Shown piece by piece: positions 14,707 to 28,447 of a stretch of 64,000 bases of DNA (the stretch's first letter is position 1; the number at the start of each line of letters is the position of its first letter). The DNA is from Octopus vulgaris (Eukaryota). The notes beneath the pieces are model-generated. The model saw only the letters and a list, made by a program, of their open reading frames with translations. It was not told the DNA's origin and ran no database searches. A program made the translations under genes and the position numbers. The stretch lies in NCBI GenBank assembly GCA_951406725.2, contig OX597819.1:22878001-22942000 (forward strand), written 5' to 3'.

Positions 14707-14846
14707 CAGTGTACATTTAAACACATAAGAGGTATCTATCATAAGGTTCCTTGCACGCTAGAAAGAACAGTTAAATTCCAAACTTTCCTTTCTAGCGTGC
14801 AAGGAATCCTATGATGGATACCGCTTATGTGTTTAAATGTACACTG
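14707..14846. mobile_element. 140-bp hairpin element (Tc1/mariner-type MITE candidate)
   Basis: ~59-bp inverted arms starting CAGTGTACATTT with 4 differences, a ~22-nt spacer, and TA on both sides. Confidence 0.7.
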
Positions 14847-14937
14847 TATATATATATATGAATAATATGTAGTCTATTGACAAATTTTTTTACACACTGG
14901 TAATGGAAATTTCAAATATTTCTGATTACCCTTTGAC

Positions 14938-14988
<51 letters not shown>

Positions 14989-14991
<3 letters not shown>

Positions 14992-15389
14992 CGCAGGAGT
15001 GGCTGTGTGGTAAGTAGCTTGCTAACCAGCCACATGGTTCCGGGTTCAGTCCCACTGCGTGGCATCTTGGGCATGTGTCTTCTGCTATAGCTCCGGGCCG
15101 ACCAATGCCTTGTGAGTGGATTTGGTAGACGGAAACTGAAAGAAGCCTGTCGTATATATGTATATATATATAAGTGTGTGTGTGTGTGTATGTTTGTGTG
15201 TCTGTGTTTGTCCATCTAGCATTGCTTGACAACCGATGCTGGTGTGTTTAGCGGTTCGGCAAAAGAGACCGATATAATAAGTACTGGGCTTACAAAGAAT
15301 AAGTCCCGGGGTCGATTTGCTTGACTAAAGGCGGTGCTCCAGCATGGCCGCAGTCAAATGACTGAAACAAGTAAAAGAGTAAAAGAGTA
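14989..15389 (+). mobile_element. SINE family A
   Basis: Family A head and tail; follows (TA)n. Confidence 0.9.
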
Positions 15390-15987
15390 ATATGCATGTA
15401 TGTACGCGTGCGTGCGTGTGTGTGTGTGCATGCATTATACTTTCGCAAGATGCGAGGGTGAGATGGACTTCGAAGTTTCCGGTTCTTCCTCTTTATTTTG
15501 TGAGTTCAAATCATGCTGGTGCCAACTTTGAGTTTCATCGTTTGAACTCGACAAAGTAAAGTACTTGTTAAGTACTACGTCGGTATCGTCGACCATCCCT
15601 CGCTCACATTTCATGGTTTATAACGGTTGCCGAGAAAATGTTATACTTATCATGAAAATGAGGTCTATGATGCATTAACCTACGATAATTTCATCAGAGC
15701 ATTGTCAATTTTTTAACAGTATCTAAGCCCATCAGAGTAAAAACAAAAACGTTTCTCTGTAAGACTATAAAGATATACCAAGTGAGAAGTGACAATAGTC
15801 TAATCCGGTCAACTATTCTATAACTAATCGCATACACACAGACACACGCACACATGCATACATATGATTTTTTTTTTTTTGATTTTTTGATTTTTCTAGT
15901 TTCAGCTAATGAGCTGTGGCCATATATATATTTTATATTGAATATTATGTATATTAATAAATATATATTACATAAAATATATATACA

Positions 15988-16391
15988 GCAGGAGTGGCTG
16001 TGTGGTAAGTAGCTTGCTTACCAATCACATGGTTCCGGGTTTACTCCATTGCGTGGCACCATGGGCAAGTGTCTTCTACTATAGCATCGGGCCGACCAAA
16101 GCCTTGTGAGTGGATTTGGTAGATGGAAACTGGAAGAAGCCCGTCGTATATTTGTATATATATGTATGTGTGTATATGTTTGTGTGTCTGTGTTTGTCCC
16201 CCCACCATTGCTTCACAACCGATGGTGGTGTGTTTACGTCCCCGTAACTTAGCGGTTCAGCAAAAGAGACTGATAGAATAAGTACTATGCTTACAAAGAA
16301 TAAGTCCTGGGGTCGATTTACTCGACTAAAGGCGGTGCTCCAGCATGGCCGCAGTCAAATGACTGAAACAAGTAAAAGAGTAAAAAGAGTA
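15988..16391 (+). mobile_element. SINE family A
   Basis: Family A head and tail. Confidence 0.9.
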
Positions 16392-16603
16392 TAAGCCATC
16401 CTATTTGTATTTTATTAGAATATATATTTTTACCTCCTGTGATTTTATGTGTATGCATTATTTTTATGTGTTTGTAGACCATAGTATTTTTATATATGAT
16501 TAAATGTTTGAGGGTGGTGTTGTAATGTAAAGTCGTTAACCGAAATTTAATGTCTGTTCTATAAACAATGCTTCTTTATATATATATAATATTTTACGTA
16601 AAA

Positions 16604-16998
16604 TCTTTATACATAAAAGTCAAGTTGTGTATCTGTCTCCTACGATTTAGATTCCTAACTACTCCCACATTTTGCGGTGCAGTTTAACCAAAACCGGGTA
16701 TCTTATAGTCGTGATTCATATCGAAACCTTCTGGGTATTAGCGCGCGTCTACGATGAGTCTACGATTTAAAAAAAAATTACCATCATCTTTTTCCATTTT
16801 AATGCATTCTTTCGCTATTATATAAGGGAAGTAACTCTCTAAAAATGTCTACGATGAGTCAACGATTTAAAAAAAAATTACCATAATTTTTTTTCCATTT
16901 TTAATGCATATTTTTGCTGATTTTTGGCTATAACTCTCTAAAAATGCTTTATAGTTATTTCCCTTACAAACCCGAGCAACGCTGGGCGATACTGCTAG
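16604..16998 (+). mobile_element. Non-autonomous Helitron (~395 bp)
   Basis: A|TC...CTAG|T termini, subterminal hairpin CCCGAGCAACGCTGGG (16971-16986), no TSD, and an internal duplication of GTCTACGATGAGTC..CGATTTAAAA. Confidence 0.85.
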
Positions 16999-18206
16999 TA
17001 CTATATAAATTTGTTAAAAAGGAAAGCTAAACACCAAGGCAAAACCTCTCAAGTCATTCATGACTTGAGATATTATTAAAAATTATTGAGCAATTTTTAA
17101 GGTCTTACAGCTGTTTCAGGGATATTCCAAAAACATGTGGAATATACCATCATCGTAGACATATGGTGAGTAAGTGAGAGGGTATAGATTATGGAAACGA
17201 TGAGAGATGTAAGAAAAGGAGAAAAAGGGAAAAAAATACATAGATGTTCACAGTTTAAGTTTCCGATAGTACAGGTGCTAATCTGTGAGCGTTTAGGTAG
17301 AATCCAATATGAATCCAGATAAGATAATATTCCTGATATTGTAGAAACATACTTCCATGTCAAAGGTTCATAATGTAATATATAATATTTTACATAAGAT
17401 AAAGAATCCATATCCAGCATATATGAAACAAAACTTATGTCTTCCCCACGTAATCGCTATACAAAAGTAACAATTATGGTTAAAGAGTTTCCGTTGCCAA
17501 CTATATACACATGCAGGTACTGTCACTTGAAGGTATTGTTCAATGCGCCACTTCTAAATCTTCTAAAATATTCATACATCTTTAAATTAGCGATAATTCA
17601 GTCTTGTATAACCCAGTCAAGTATAATAGATGTAATAAAACTCTACTCTTTACGTATAAACAATGTGGTTTGTTAGTGAATTGTATAGCGTTAAGCAATA
17701 CAAATGGTACATACTATAATCAATAATCATGGACACAATACAAAAGATTTTTATTTCGCTTTAGATTCGGGAATGTGTGAGTCATAAAGAAAGAAATTGA
17801 AGTAATAAAGGAGTAAGCAGGAAAGATAGATTATGTGGGTATTTCTGTAACAACATTCTTTAGTTGTATGATACACAAGTTGATACTTTCGCAGCAGAGA
17901 GTGAGCCTCTTGAATGGCGAATAAACGAACTAGTTGTAATCTTCTATTTTACTATTGTTAAGGGGTTTAGGTGAATTTGCGCACTTATTTTATATGGTAC
18001 TGAACATGGAATATAACGCTCTATCTTCTTATATAGCTTTTATAATTTGTGGTGAAGATCACACACAGCAAAATTCTTATAGTCGTTTCACTTAGTAATG
18101 CTTTTCATTACGGATATTGTCCGATCAGGTTCATTTAAGGCGCTAGCCTTGACCATCACATTTTAACTTTATAGACATTCTACATAAAACTACACTATCC
18201 GGTCTG

Positions 18207-18595
18207 CAGAGGCGCAATGGCCCAGTGGTTAGGGCAGCGGACTCGCGGTCATAGGATCGCGGTTTCGATTCCCAGACCGGGCGTTGTGAGTGTTTATTGA
18301 GCGAAAACACCTAAAAAGCTCCACGAGGCTCCGGCAGGGGATGGTGGTGATCCCTGCTGTACTCTTTCACCACAACTTTCTCTCACTCTTACTTCCTGTT
18401 TCTGTTGTACCTGTATTTCAAGGGGCCGGCCTTGTCACTCTCTGTGTTACGCTGAACATCCCCGAGAACTACGTTAAGGGTGCGCGTGTCTGTGGACTGC
18501 TCAGCCACTTACACGTTAATTTCACGAGCAGGCTGTTCCGTTGATTCGGATCAACCGGAACCCTCATCGTCGTAACCGACGGAGTGCTTCCATCC
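18207..18595 (+). mobile_element. SINE family B, full length
   Basis: tRNA-like head with A/B boxes. TSD ATCCGGTCTG at 18197-18206 and 18596-18605. Confidence 0.92.
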
Positions 18596-18726
18596 ATCCG
18601 GTCTGTCTTTAATTTTAAAGATGGAAAGGAATTCGTGACATGTTTGATTGCTATTGTGAAAGCGCCTGGCCTAGTGGTTAGGGTGTTACGTTCACGATCG
18701 TAAGACGGTGGTTTCGATTCCCGGAC

Positions 18727-19662
18727 GCGAATTTTTTTCCCACGAGAGTTCCGGGGATCCATTTAGGAACTCATTTGCATACCCCAATCAGTGCTCAACT
18801 ATCAAACTAACTTATGAACGTATAACAAGTGTTGGGCGATAAGTTAAGGTCACTGAAACTACTATGCTTCTTTTTCTCTTTTAATAATGTTTGTTGTTCT
18901 TGTTCTTGTTTCAACCATGGCTGCCTCTGCGTAGTTATTTACTCTTTACTCTTTACTCTTTTACTTGTTTCAGTCATTTGACTGCAGCCATGCTGGAGCA
19001 CCGCCTTTAGTCGAGCAAATCGACCCCGGGACTTATTCTTTGTAAGCCCAGTACTTATTTTATCGGTCTCTTTTGCCGAACCACTAAGTAACGGGGACGT
19101 AAACACACCAGCATCGGTTGTCAAGCAATGCTAGGGGGACAAACACAGACACACACACATATACACACACACTTATATATATATACACATATACGACAGG
19201 CTTCTTTCAGTTTCCGTCTACCAAATCCACTCACAAGGCATTGGTCGGCCCGGGGCTATAGCAGAAGACACTTGCCCAAGATGCCACGCAGTAGGACTGA
19301 ACCCGCAACCATGTGGTTGGTTAGTAAGCTACTTACCACACAGCCACTCCTGTACTTTGTAAAACAGTAAGGGGTTGCTAGCACATCACCTTCTACCCAC
19401 ATTTTTCCTATCCACGTCTTTAGCATATGGGACCCTAACAAAATCCAATAATAGATACAGATGCAAAGCTATCTAATTACTTGTCTCCTAAAATCAGGCC
19501 TATGTTGGCGATCGGTCAACTTACAACATCGTTCTTTGTCTTGAGTTTACTTGGTAGAGTATGTTTGTTATCTTGACAACAAGGTCAAGGTGAGCTCTGA
19601 TTGGCTGTATGCAAATGAGTTCATTACTGGAGTCCGGAACTCACGTGGGGAAAAAATTTCAC
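18727..19662. mobile_element. Non-autonomous Mutator-like (MULE) DNA transposon inserted in a SINE
   Basis: ~75-bp imperfect TIRs (G(C/T)GAA.TTTTTT.CCCACG.GAGTTCCGG...) and a 9-bp TSD TTCCCGGAC at 18718-18726 and 19663-19671. It splits a tRNA-SINE whose body resumes at 19672. Confidence 0.8.
18938..19352 (-). mobile_element. SINE family A nested in the MULE-like element
   Basis: Reverse complement of family A. Confidence 0.9.
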
Positions 19663-21188
19663 TTCCCGGACCGGGTGTTTGGGTGTGCTCTTGAGCAAAG
19701 TACTTCATTGCACGTCGTTTCAGTTCACTCAGTTGTAAATGAGTGACCTTGCCATGGATTGATATCTCGTTCAGAGGGAATATTGTGGTCTCGGTGACTT
19801 ATACACCGTGGGAACTTAGCAACCGTCTCTGTCAGACCTACGACTCAACAATACTTACTTTTACATTGGTTGCTATTTCTAGTAGGTCAAGCAATCACAT
19901 AGAACGAATGTGTACATTCCACAGAATTTGCTGTGATTCGATGAGGATTGTTATCTGAATTTTAAGCAGTAAGTATTATCTTAGTATTAAAAATATCGTC
20001 CGTTAAATCACTGAGATAAAGCTTAGGACAGATTACTAATCCTTGAAGTCGACTCGGAGAAAAACCAACTAATGCATTTTACTTGGAGATGTTCTATCTG
20101 AAATCTTCCAAACAATTTTATTAACAATATGTAAGTCTAAAGGGTGACATTTTAACAGGATAATATTACTTCGGAACTGAATTAGTGGACAGAAGTTTGC
20201 AATTAAGAACAGCAAGTGACATTTTGTGCGCGATGTCGGAAACAAGATATCATAGCAAAAATTTACGCTAGTGATCGCCGAGAGAGTGTTAAAGGAAATA
20301 ATTATCTCCTTCACTTTAGAAATGTTAAATTATAGGGCAAGTGGTAGGTTCAGAGATATTGCGCTTGCTAGTGATTTAAGACATATAGTTAGTTTCAATA
20401 TCTCGGGTTAGTTCCCAGCAGAGAAAGACATAGAAAGATGGACAGATAACTAAAGAGAGGGAGAAATGGAGTGTGGGATATAACTTTATTCTGACAGAAG
20501 CAATCTGTTTGTCTCAGTTGACCGAAATATCTTCCACGAAACTGAGAAATATCTGATATTTACAAAAGCTTTATAACTTAACCTTCGCTCATGTTTCTGA
20601 TTCAGTTAAAATTTAGAAAGTAATATTTAGTTTTTCTATATTGTATCACTAATAAATCTCCTATTTTCGTTTATATCTTCCTACTTTCCCAATGACTATT
20701 AAAAACCAACTTTCAATATTTTATTCCTCTTAGCTTAATTCCATCTAACTTTTGTTTCTAAAATTCCTCAACATCTTTAAAATAACATATATCTATAATG
20801 CACATGAGTGTTATTTTATATCAAATATTAAACATACGCAGTTTATTACCTCTGGTGTAAATGCAGCAATGTTACACCTGACAAACTGTCAAACACTAAA
20901 TATAAATATGTGTGCGTGTCTGTATATGTATATATATATATCTATCTGTGTGTGTTTGTATGTATGTATGCATATATATATACATATATTCATTCCAGTT
21001 TTCTATATTCATTTATATTTGTTTTCTCTTTTTCTTATATTCATTGCTCATCATTTTTCTCCATCTCTTCAACCACTCTCTTCTCTTTCTTCACACGCTT
21101 ATATATATATATATATATGTATGTATGTAAGTATGTATTTATGTATGTATGTATGTATGTATGTATGTATGTATGTATGTATGTGTGC

Positions 21189-21231
<43 letters not shown>

Positions 21232-21903
21232 TGTGTGTGTGTTATTTTTTTCTTTCTTTCACAGATACGGCATAATATGCGTTATTCTACAATTACAAAA
21301 CCATACAGAAGTCTGTTTGGGAGTAACACGTGCATTTCACACCGGCATACACATATATCAACATATAACATCACACCAACAATCGCTTACACACACACAC
21401 ACACACACACATACACACACACACACACACACAATCATACATGTACAAGCGCACATATACACACTCATTCGTGTTAACAGTATTCCAATCAGATTAAAAA
21501 CTTTTCTTCTAATTAGTATTTCGATTCCAACACTACCCGTTTTTCTTTTCAAATACAATTCCGATAGCTAACCAAATGGAAATTTCACGATATTTTGGTA
21601 CTGAACACCCTCCAGCAACACTTTCTGCTTCTTCTTCTTTCACATCCATTCTAATGCAGTCAATAGTTTATATATTCATACACACACAACAATTGAATCT
21701 ATGTACTGTATGAATATATACGTTATGTACATACTATCTATGTATTAATGTGCTTAATATGTGTGTGTGCGCGTGTGTTTGAGTGTGTATTATATATATT
21801 TGACATATATTATATATATATATATACATATATAACATTTATTTAACATATATTATATATATATATATATATATACATATATATATAAATGTGTACATGT
21901 ATC

Positions 21904-21993
<90 letters not shown>

Positions 21994-22944
21994 TGTGTGT
22001 GTGTGTAAAACACTATCTCTATTTGTGTGGTAGAGATGGAGAGAGATGCAGAGGCAAAAGAGAGAAAGAGTAAAACATTACAACAGTTATTTTCTCTTAG
22101 CTCTGCATTATTCTCCTCCTTCTCTCTAGCTTTTTTTCTCCTTCTCCGCGTTTGTCTTCATTTCTTTCAATTTCTCTTTCTCACTTTTTCTTTGTTTCTT
22201 TACAATTATTGTCTGTCTTTCATTCTCATTTCTTTTATCTATAAATATTGTGCTATGGCATTAATTTTTTGTCTTATCTTTTTTTTTTACTGCAGAAAAG
22301 TAAACTTACTTTAAATTGTTATTTACGCAAATAAATGAATAAATAAATAAATAAATAAATAAATAACTTTGCTACCATTTCCCCTTTTTTTTTAAATTTC
22401 TTGTTTCGTTTTTCTTTTTCCTTTTTTATATTTACTGTTTCGACTTTTTGTATGATATACAAAGAGAAAGGCAAAAAACGGTATAAAATTATGAAAGAAA
22501 ACGCAAACGTTGTTGTGGTTTATACTATGATGTATATTTAGGATTTCAATTAAAATCTCGCTTATGTATCTACTGCCTGTTCGATACCAAGGAACAAAGA
22601 ATGCAAATATCAAAACCATCTCTTCTCTGCGTTTTCAGTTAATACACACACCAATAATCCCCATATCTTTTTTGCTGACTCAGACTAGATACTATTTCCC
22701 CATACTGTTGGTGTGTTATTTTTCCAGGAAACAATATTTAGTTTTAACGATTATATGTATGAGTAAATAAATTGGTAGGACAAGATGAACATTGAAATTA
22801 TAAATATGCGAGAGTTGATCGATAGCCAGGCTGCTGATTTGTGGGAGAAACGATGTATTTAGTCATACTAAATGTCACTTTGTAACATGCTCAATTTACT
22901 CATTTACAGCGTATAGGAAATGAAACAGTAGAATTGTAGAACCG

Positions 22945-22981
<37 letters not shown>

Positions 22982-23115
22982 AAGAACTGCATTTCATTTG
23001 AAAATTCTAAACGCCCTGGGCCAGGAACATTAAAACCATAAATAGGTTTTCCTATCTATTTTCCTACTAAAAATGGAATTCTACAACTCCAACTACCACT
23101 AACACCACGATCACT

Positions 23116-23166
<51 letters not shown>

Positions 23167-23699
23167 ATACTAATACTACTACTACTACTGTCACTATTAT
23201 TACTACTACGACCAACAGTCTTCCACAGCTGCTGCTGCTGCTACTACTGCTATTTCGGCAACTGATCATTTTCACAATTACAGCCAACGAATCTAGTCAA
23301 CGCACAAGACAGCCATTATGTTCCCCCAACAAAACACCCCCACGTGGACTCTGTTGAGACTAGTAAGAAACAATTATGAACTTTTTTTATTACACTTAAC
23401 TTTTAAAAATATTTTTGATAAGGTTCGTTTTTTCAAGAAGAACCGAAACATGCAAAATCTCTAAGAAAACTAAAATGTATCTTATATAGTATCGTTTCCA
23501 AACTTTTTTATAAATATATACCCACTCGTATGCCACCTAAACTTTTTATAAATATATATATAGGTGAGAGAGTTGGTGTGTGAAAGAACGTGGTTGGATG
23601 TATAAAAAATAAAAAAGAGTGAAAAAACTACAGAAGGCTTGTGTTATAAGGTAAAAGAATATATTTAAGTCGTTATGTTAGTAAAATGTTATAAATTTT

Positions 23700-24650
23700 T
23701 GTGTATAGCAACATAGTTTTGGGAGAAATAACCGGTTTCGTATAGTCTTTTCAAATTTCTCAAATTTCTTTACCTATATCGTGTCATGTCTTCGTATGAA
23801 GTGAAGAGTTCCAGGCAGAAGAAGGTAATCAGGTATTTCTTCCGGTATAAGTGAGATAATCGCTTTATATTTTTTCTTTTTTCAATGAGATGAGTTTCCT
23901 TATATAAAACTGTTAGGATGGTTAAGTTTTGGTTTATATTTTTCATTAAAGAATGTTTCCTTGTTTAATCTAATTTGTGTTGGTGTTTTAATAGCACATT
24001 GATAGAATGGAAAGATTAAAAATTGCAGTAATAGTTGCTTTGCGCATTTCTCAATATGTTCACTAAAGGGTATCATTCTGTATTCTGGGAATGCAATCTG
24101 TTGTCGATGCAGAGTGCATCTGCGTCTGAGCGATAATCCCGTGGACCATATATAGTGTTGGTGGCAGCCCGAGCATCTTATGACATAACTTAGGTTTTCT
24201 GAAGCACAGGTAAAATTAGATTTGATCTTGAATTTTTGTCCCTCTTTGAAGAGGAATTCTGATCCTTTTAGAAGGTTTGGGCATGTTGCTCAGTTTGGTC
24301 TACCATATTCTTTTTACTTTTGCATCCGTTATTTCAGAAAACAATTTTGCCTTTGTGAGGATCTTTTTTAGTGATTTAGGTTGTTTGTAGCTTTTAATGA
24401 TTTTTAGAATTTCCTTTAATTTGGTGTCCTTATGAAGTATTTGTAAATTCTGGGTGGTGATGGTGAAGGCTTCTTTGTTTCTGGGGTTGTATGTGGATAT
24501 GTAAGGCAGAATTCTCGCGGAAGGTGTATTGCTATGTTGAACTATTCTTAAAGTTTCTATGTCGATTTCTGTTGCACGTCTGATTCCATCCTCTATGAGT
24601 TGAACTGGGTAGTGTCTGTCAATTAAGGTGTTTTTGAGTTCTTGCAGGCT
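23700..24650 (-). mobile_element. 5'-truncated Penelope-like element (RT C-terminus/linker, GIY-YIG, 3' hammerhead relic)
   Basis: Minus strand: LQELKNTLIDRHYPVQLIEDGI...LPYISTYNP...SYKQPKSLKKIL...FKIKSNFTCASENLSYVIRCSGCHQHYI, with frameshifts. Homologous to 1-300. Confidence 0.85.
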
Positions 24651-24654
24651 AAAG

Positions 24655-24965
24655 TTCCTGGAATGTCCGGAATGCCTGGGATGTCAGGAATGTCTGGAAT
24701 GTGGGGAATGTCTGGAATGCCAGGGGTGTCAGGAATGTCTGGAATGTCAGGAATGTCTGGAATGTCAGGAATGTCTGGAATGTCTGGAATGTCAGGAATG
24801 TCTGGATGTCTGGCATGTCTGGAATGCCAGGAATGCAAGGAATGTCTGGAATGCCAGGAATGTCAGGAATGTCTGGAATGTCTGCAATGTCAGGAATGTC
24901 TGGACTGTCAGGAATATCTGGAATGTCAGACATTCCTGACATTTTAGACATTCCAGACATTCCAG
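24655..24965. repeat. 9-bp minisatellite (GGAATGTCW)n with an internal orientation switch
   Basis: About 30 units of (A/T)GGAATGTC, then GGAATGTCAGACATTCC and ~4 inverted units. Confidence 0.95.
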
Positions 24966-25182
24966 ACCGCGTGTGTACCGTTGGCTATTTTTTCCTCAGT
25001 CTTCCCTTCTTTGGATCTTTCCTTTTCCTATGTTTCCGACGAAGTGCTCCGCTCGAAACGTTAAACCCTCCTTCCTTCCTTCCTTCCTTCCTTCCTGAGC
25101 GTCCACTAATACTATATTTGTTCCACGTCCTCGCGTTGTTATGTTTTCTCTTTGTGTTTTCTTGTTTGGATTAACTTGATAA

Positions 25183-25239
<57 letters not shown>

Positions 25240-25543
25240 GATATATATGTATGTATATATATATATATACACTTAAACAAGCACACAAAACGCACACATA
25301 ATATACACGTAGGGTTTGGCAAAATTGGGTATACCGATGCTGTCTAAAACATTCACTCACAGTTCCCAGAAATCGCAAAACAGGCCTCTCCCCTGTGTAC
25401 ACACACACACACAAACGCACATACGCGCGCGCACACACGCAAAGATGCACACAGACATACACACGCACAAACGAACGCACACATACGCGCGCTCACGCAC
25501 ACACAGTGCACTCATGCACATACACACGTACGCACATACACAC

Positions 25544-25590
<47 letters not shown>
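24966..25590 (+). mobile_element. Composite repeat copy A (hammerhead module, microsatellite, unique core, CA-rich tail)
   Basis: Colinear reverse complement of 38755-39610. Hammerhead motif at 25032-25066 with a mutated core (CCGACGA). Confidence 0.8.
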
Positions 25591-25594
<4 letters not shown>

Positions 25595-25824
25595 TGCCTT
25601 TAACCACCAGGTCCGAGGTTTGATACCACTGCACAGCACCATGACCTTGAGAAGAATATGAAAGAGATAAACAGGACAGAGGCATGAGGAGCTGGCAGAG
25701 TAAATTAACACGTTGAATAAATTGGTTGGCATTACTACTTCCGGTTCTTTACGTTTTGAGTTCAAACTCCACCAAACTTAACGTCGCCTTTCATCCTTTG
25801 GGAGTCAATAACATAAAAGTACCT

Positions 25825-26057
25825 ATTTCTTTATTACCCACAAGAGGCTAAACATAGATGGGACAAACAAGGACAGACATAGGTATTAAGTCGATTCCAT
25901 CGACCCCAGTGCGTAACTGGTACTTAATTTATCGACCCCGAAAGGATGAAAGGCAAAGTCGACCTCGGCGGAATTTGAACTCACAGCGTAACGACAGACG
26001 AAATACGGCTACGCATTTCGCCCGGCGTGCTAACGTTTCAGCCAGTTTGCCGCCTTA
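25825..26057 (-). mobile_element. SINE family C inserted into an oppositely oriented family C copy
   Basis: TSD ATAAAAGTACCT at ~25813 and 26061. Confidence 0.85.
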
Positions 26058-26356
26058 TAAATAAAAGTACCTGTCATGTACTGGGCTCGATTTGTCCTTT
26101 TCACTCAAACTGTTAGCCTTGAATCCTGCAACCGCTGGGCGTCCTATTTATGGAGAATATTGTAATCCCGGTTAAGGGCTCAAAAAAATTTGTACGATGC
26201 TGAAGCGTAACGCTTATAGCGATCACTGTGCAATGACTAAGGAAAAGAGTCTAATATTGGGGCACATAACCCTCGACAGAAATAATGTAGGAGCTACAAT
26301 CCGCGTGGGGTTCGAAACCACATCCCCTTGTTAACGCGATTAAGCGTGTTATCATT

Positions 26357-26533
26357 GGAAGCACTCCGTCGTGAAAGAGTACAGCAGGGATCACCACCAT
26401 CCCCTGCCGGAGCCTCGTGGAGCTTTTAGGTGTTTTCGCTCAAAAACACTCACAACGCCCGGTCTGGGAATCGAAACCACGATCCTACGACCGCGAGTCC
26501 GCTGCCCTAACCACTGGGCCATTGCGCCTCCAC
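26357..26533 (-). mobile_element. Internally deleted SINE family B nested in another tRNA-SINE
   Basis: TSD CGTGTTATCATT at 26345 and 26534. The junction GCACTCCGTC|GTGAAAGAG removes ~200 bp relative to 7888-8271. Confidence 0.85.
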
Positions 26534-26689
26534 CGTGTTATCATTACACCAGCGAATTAACCTCCCTGTTTCTGTCAAATTTAAGAACTATATTAGTTCG
26601 TACTTGTTTTTGTAAACAAACATTCCCCCTTTATTTTGGTGAGAATGGTCTTGTTATGCGGTGGCGGGTTTTACAATCTTGGAAATAAT

Positions 26690-27015
26690 AATAATGTTAT
26701 TTACATAAGCCTGAAACTTATAGCGATCACCGTGCAAATGACTAAGAAAAATAGTCTAATAATGGGGCATATAAGCCCTCGACAGAAAAAAAGTAGGCTT
26801 TCTTATCTGCGTGGGACACGAACCCATATCCCTTTGTTAGCGCGTTGGTGTAATGGTAACACACTTATTCATTTAACAAAGGGATGTGGGTTCAAGTCTC
26901 ACGCGGATAGCAAATCCTACTTTTTCTGTCGAGGGCTTATATGCACCATTATTAGACAATATCCTTAGTCATTGCACGGTGATCGCTGAAAGATTTAGGC
27001 TTACGTAAATACTAT
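26690..27015. repeat. Head-to-head inverted pair of a tRNA-like SINE (family D)
   Basis: 26690-26839 is the reverse complement of ~26872-27015. The right copy has A box TGGTGTAATGG and B box GGTTCAAGTCT. A third copy lies at ~26205-26555. Confidence 0.85.
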
Positions 27016-27037
27016 TATTATTATTATTATTATTATT

Positions 27038-27591
27038 GAGTGAGAGAGCAGTTCATGCCATCAAAGTGACACTGGGGTAAAATATACGAAGCCCAATATA
27101 CCCATCATGACTACCCGTCTGATAAGGGCACACCAGGCACATGCATCACAACCATATGTGCGCGACATGGTGATCTCATATCAAGATAAACAGCACATGA
27201 CCTTGCAGGTGGGGCCCAGTTAGAATTTTCTTCAGGTTGAGTAGCCCATCCCGCTCAAGCGGTCCCTGAATAAGGGTTGTTTAAGGAGGTTGAAAGAACC
27301 ACCCATGTTTCCAGAGGTGAATTATTCAAACCCCAAAGAATCCCTCTCAACACATGGCTATGATGCTCCCCCACTACTTCTGCTCGTGATCAGAGATGCA
27401 CATATCGTCAGCCACTAAGGGACATGCTCAACTGGTTACGGTCAAACAACTGACAAGCAAATCTGTGGTATTGAGCAGAATATTTGCTGTAGCCCATCTT
27501 TTATACCAAGACAAAACAATGTACATGATAACACTTCCAATTAGTTAAGATCAGAAGCCATGAGAGCCACTGCCTGGTACTGCATCAGGGC

Positions 27592-27592
<1 letters not shown>
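27038..27592 (-). mobile_element. 555-bp non-coding element inserted in (AAT)n
   Basis: Close reverse-complement match to 53345-53900 with the same ends. (TTA)n on both sides. Strand is inferred. Confidence 0.85.
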
Positions 27593-27652
<60 letters not shown>

Positions 27653-28447
27653 TACAGGATTGTAACGATCAGATTATTGTAGTGGTTACTCCAGCTGTCT
27701 TCGTTTGATGTAGTACCACCGATTAAACTCTTAAGGCAGGGATGCCACTGGCTAACGAGGCACAACGATGTAGAAACACCGGGGATCCGAAGACAATTGC
27801 AGTAATGAATGGAATGGCTACGAAAATACATTGGTCGTGCAGAAGACGTTGTTCTCTACCAAAACACTACAGCGATTAGCGTATTCAAGTTCGAATCTAC
27901 CGGAACGTATGCAAGTTATCGTTCGATTTTTTGCTATTCGCCATGCATATGATAACTTATTAATAATATATTTACTGGACCAATATATTGCAGCAGATTT
28001 TCAAAGTAATACCTTTCCTGCACCTGCATTATTCCATGAGAATTTCTGATTTTCATTGTTACCATTGTTATCATTATATGATATTGTTTATAAAGACCCA
28101 GAAAGTTAACAAACAAAATATTATGAATAACACTAATTTAAATTCTTGATCGAATGAGGGAGGCTCTACCCCTCTCATTAAATCAAATTTAATGCTTATT
28201 CTTATATGTCATCATGTGTTACGAAACAAATCAAAGTTAAACAAAACCAGTTCTATATCCCTGGTTCCTTGAATATGCCTATCTAATTTTGGTACAAAGC
28301 CATCAATTTTACGAGAGGGGTAAGTCGATTACAACGGCCCCATTGCTCAGCTGGTACATATTGTATCGACCCCAGGGGGATAAACAACAAAGTTGATCAT
28401 GGCAGAGTTTGAACTTAGAAAGTAAAGAGCCGAAAAAATATCGCGCA

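Noticed and set aside
18207-18285. tRNA genes at SINE heads (also 26840-26910, 43265-43335)
   Set aside because: A/B boxes are present but there is no complete cloverleaf, and each continues into a repeated SINE body.
21265-21330. Strong acceptor TTTCTTTCACAG
   Set aside because: No good donor, lies between microsatellites, and the peptide is unrecognisable.
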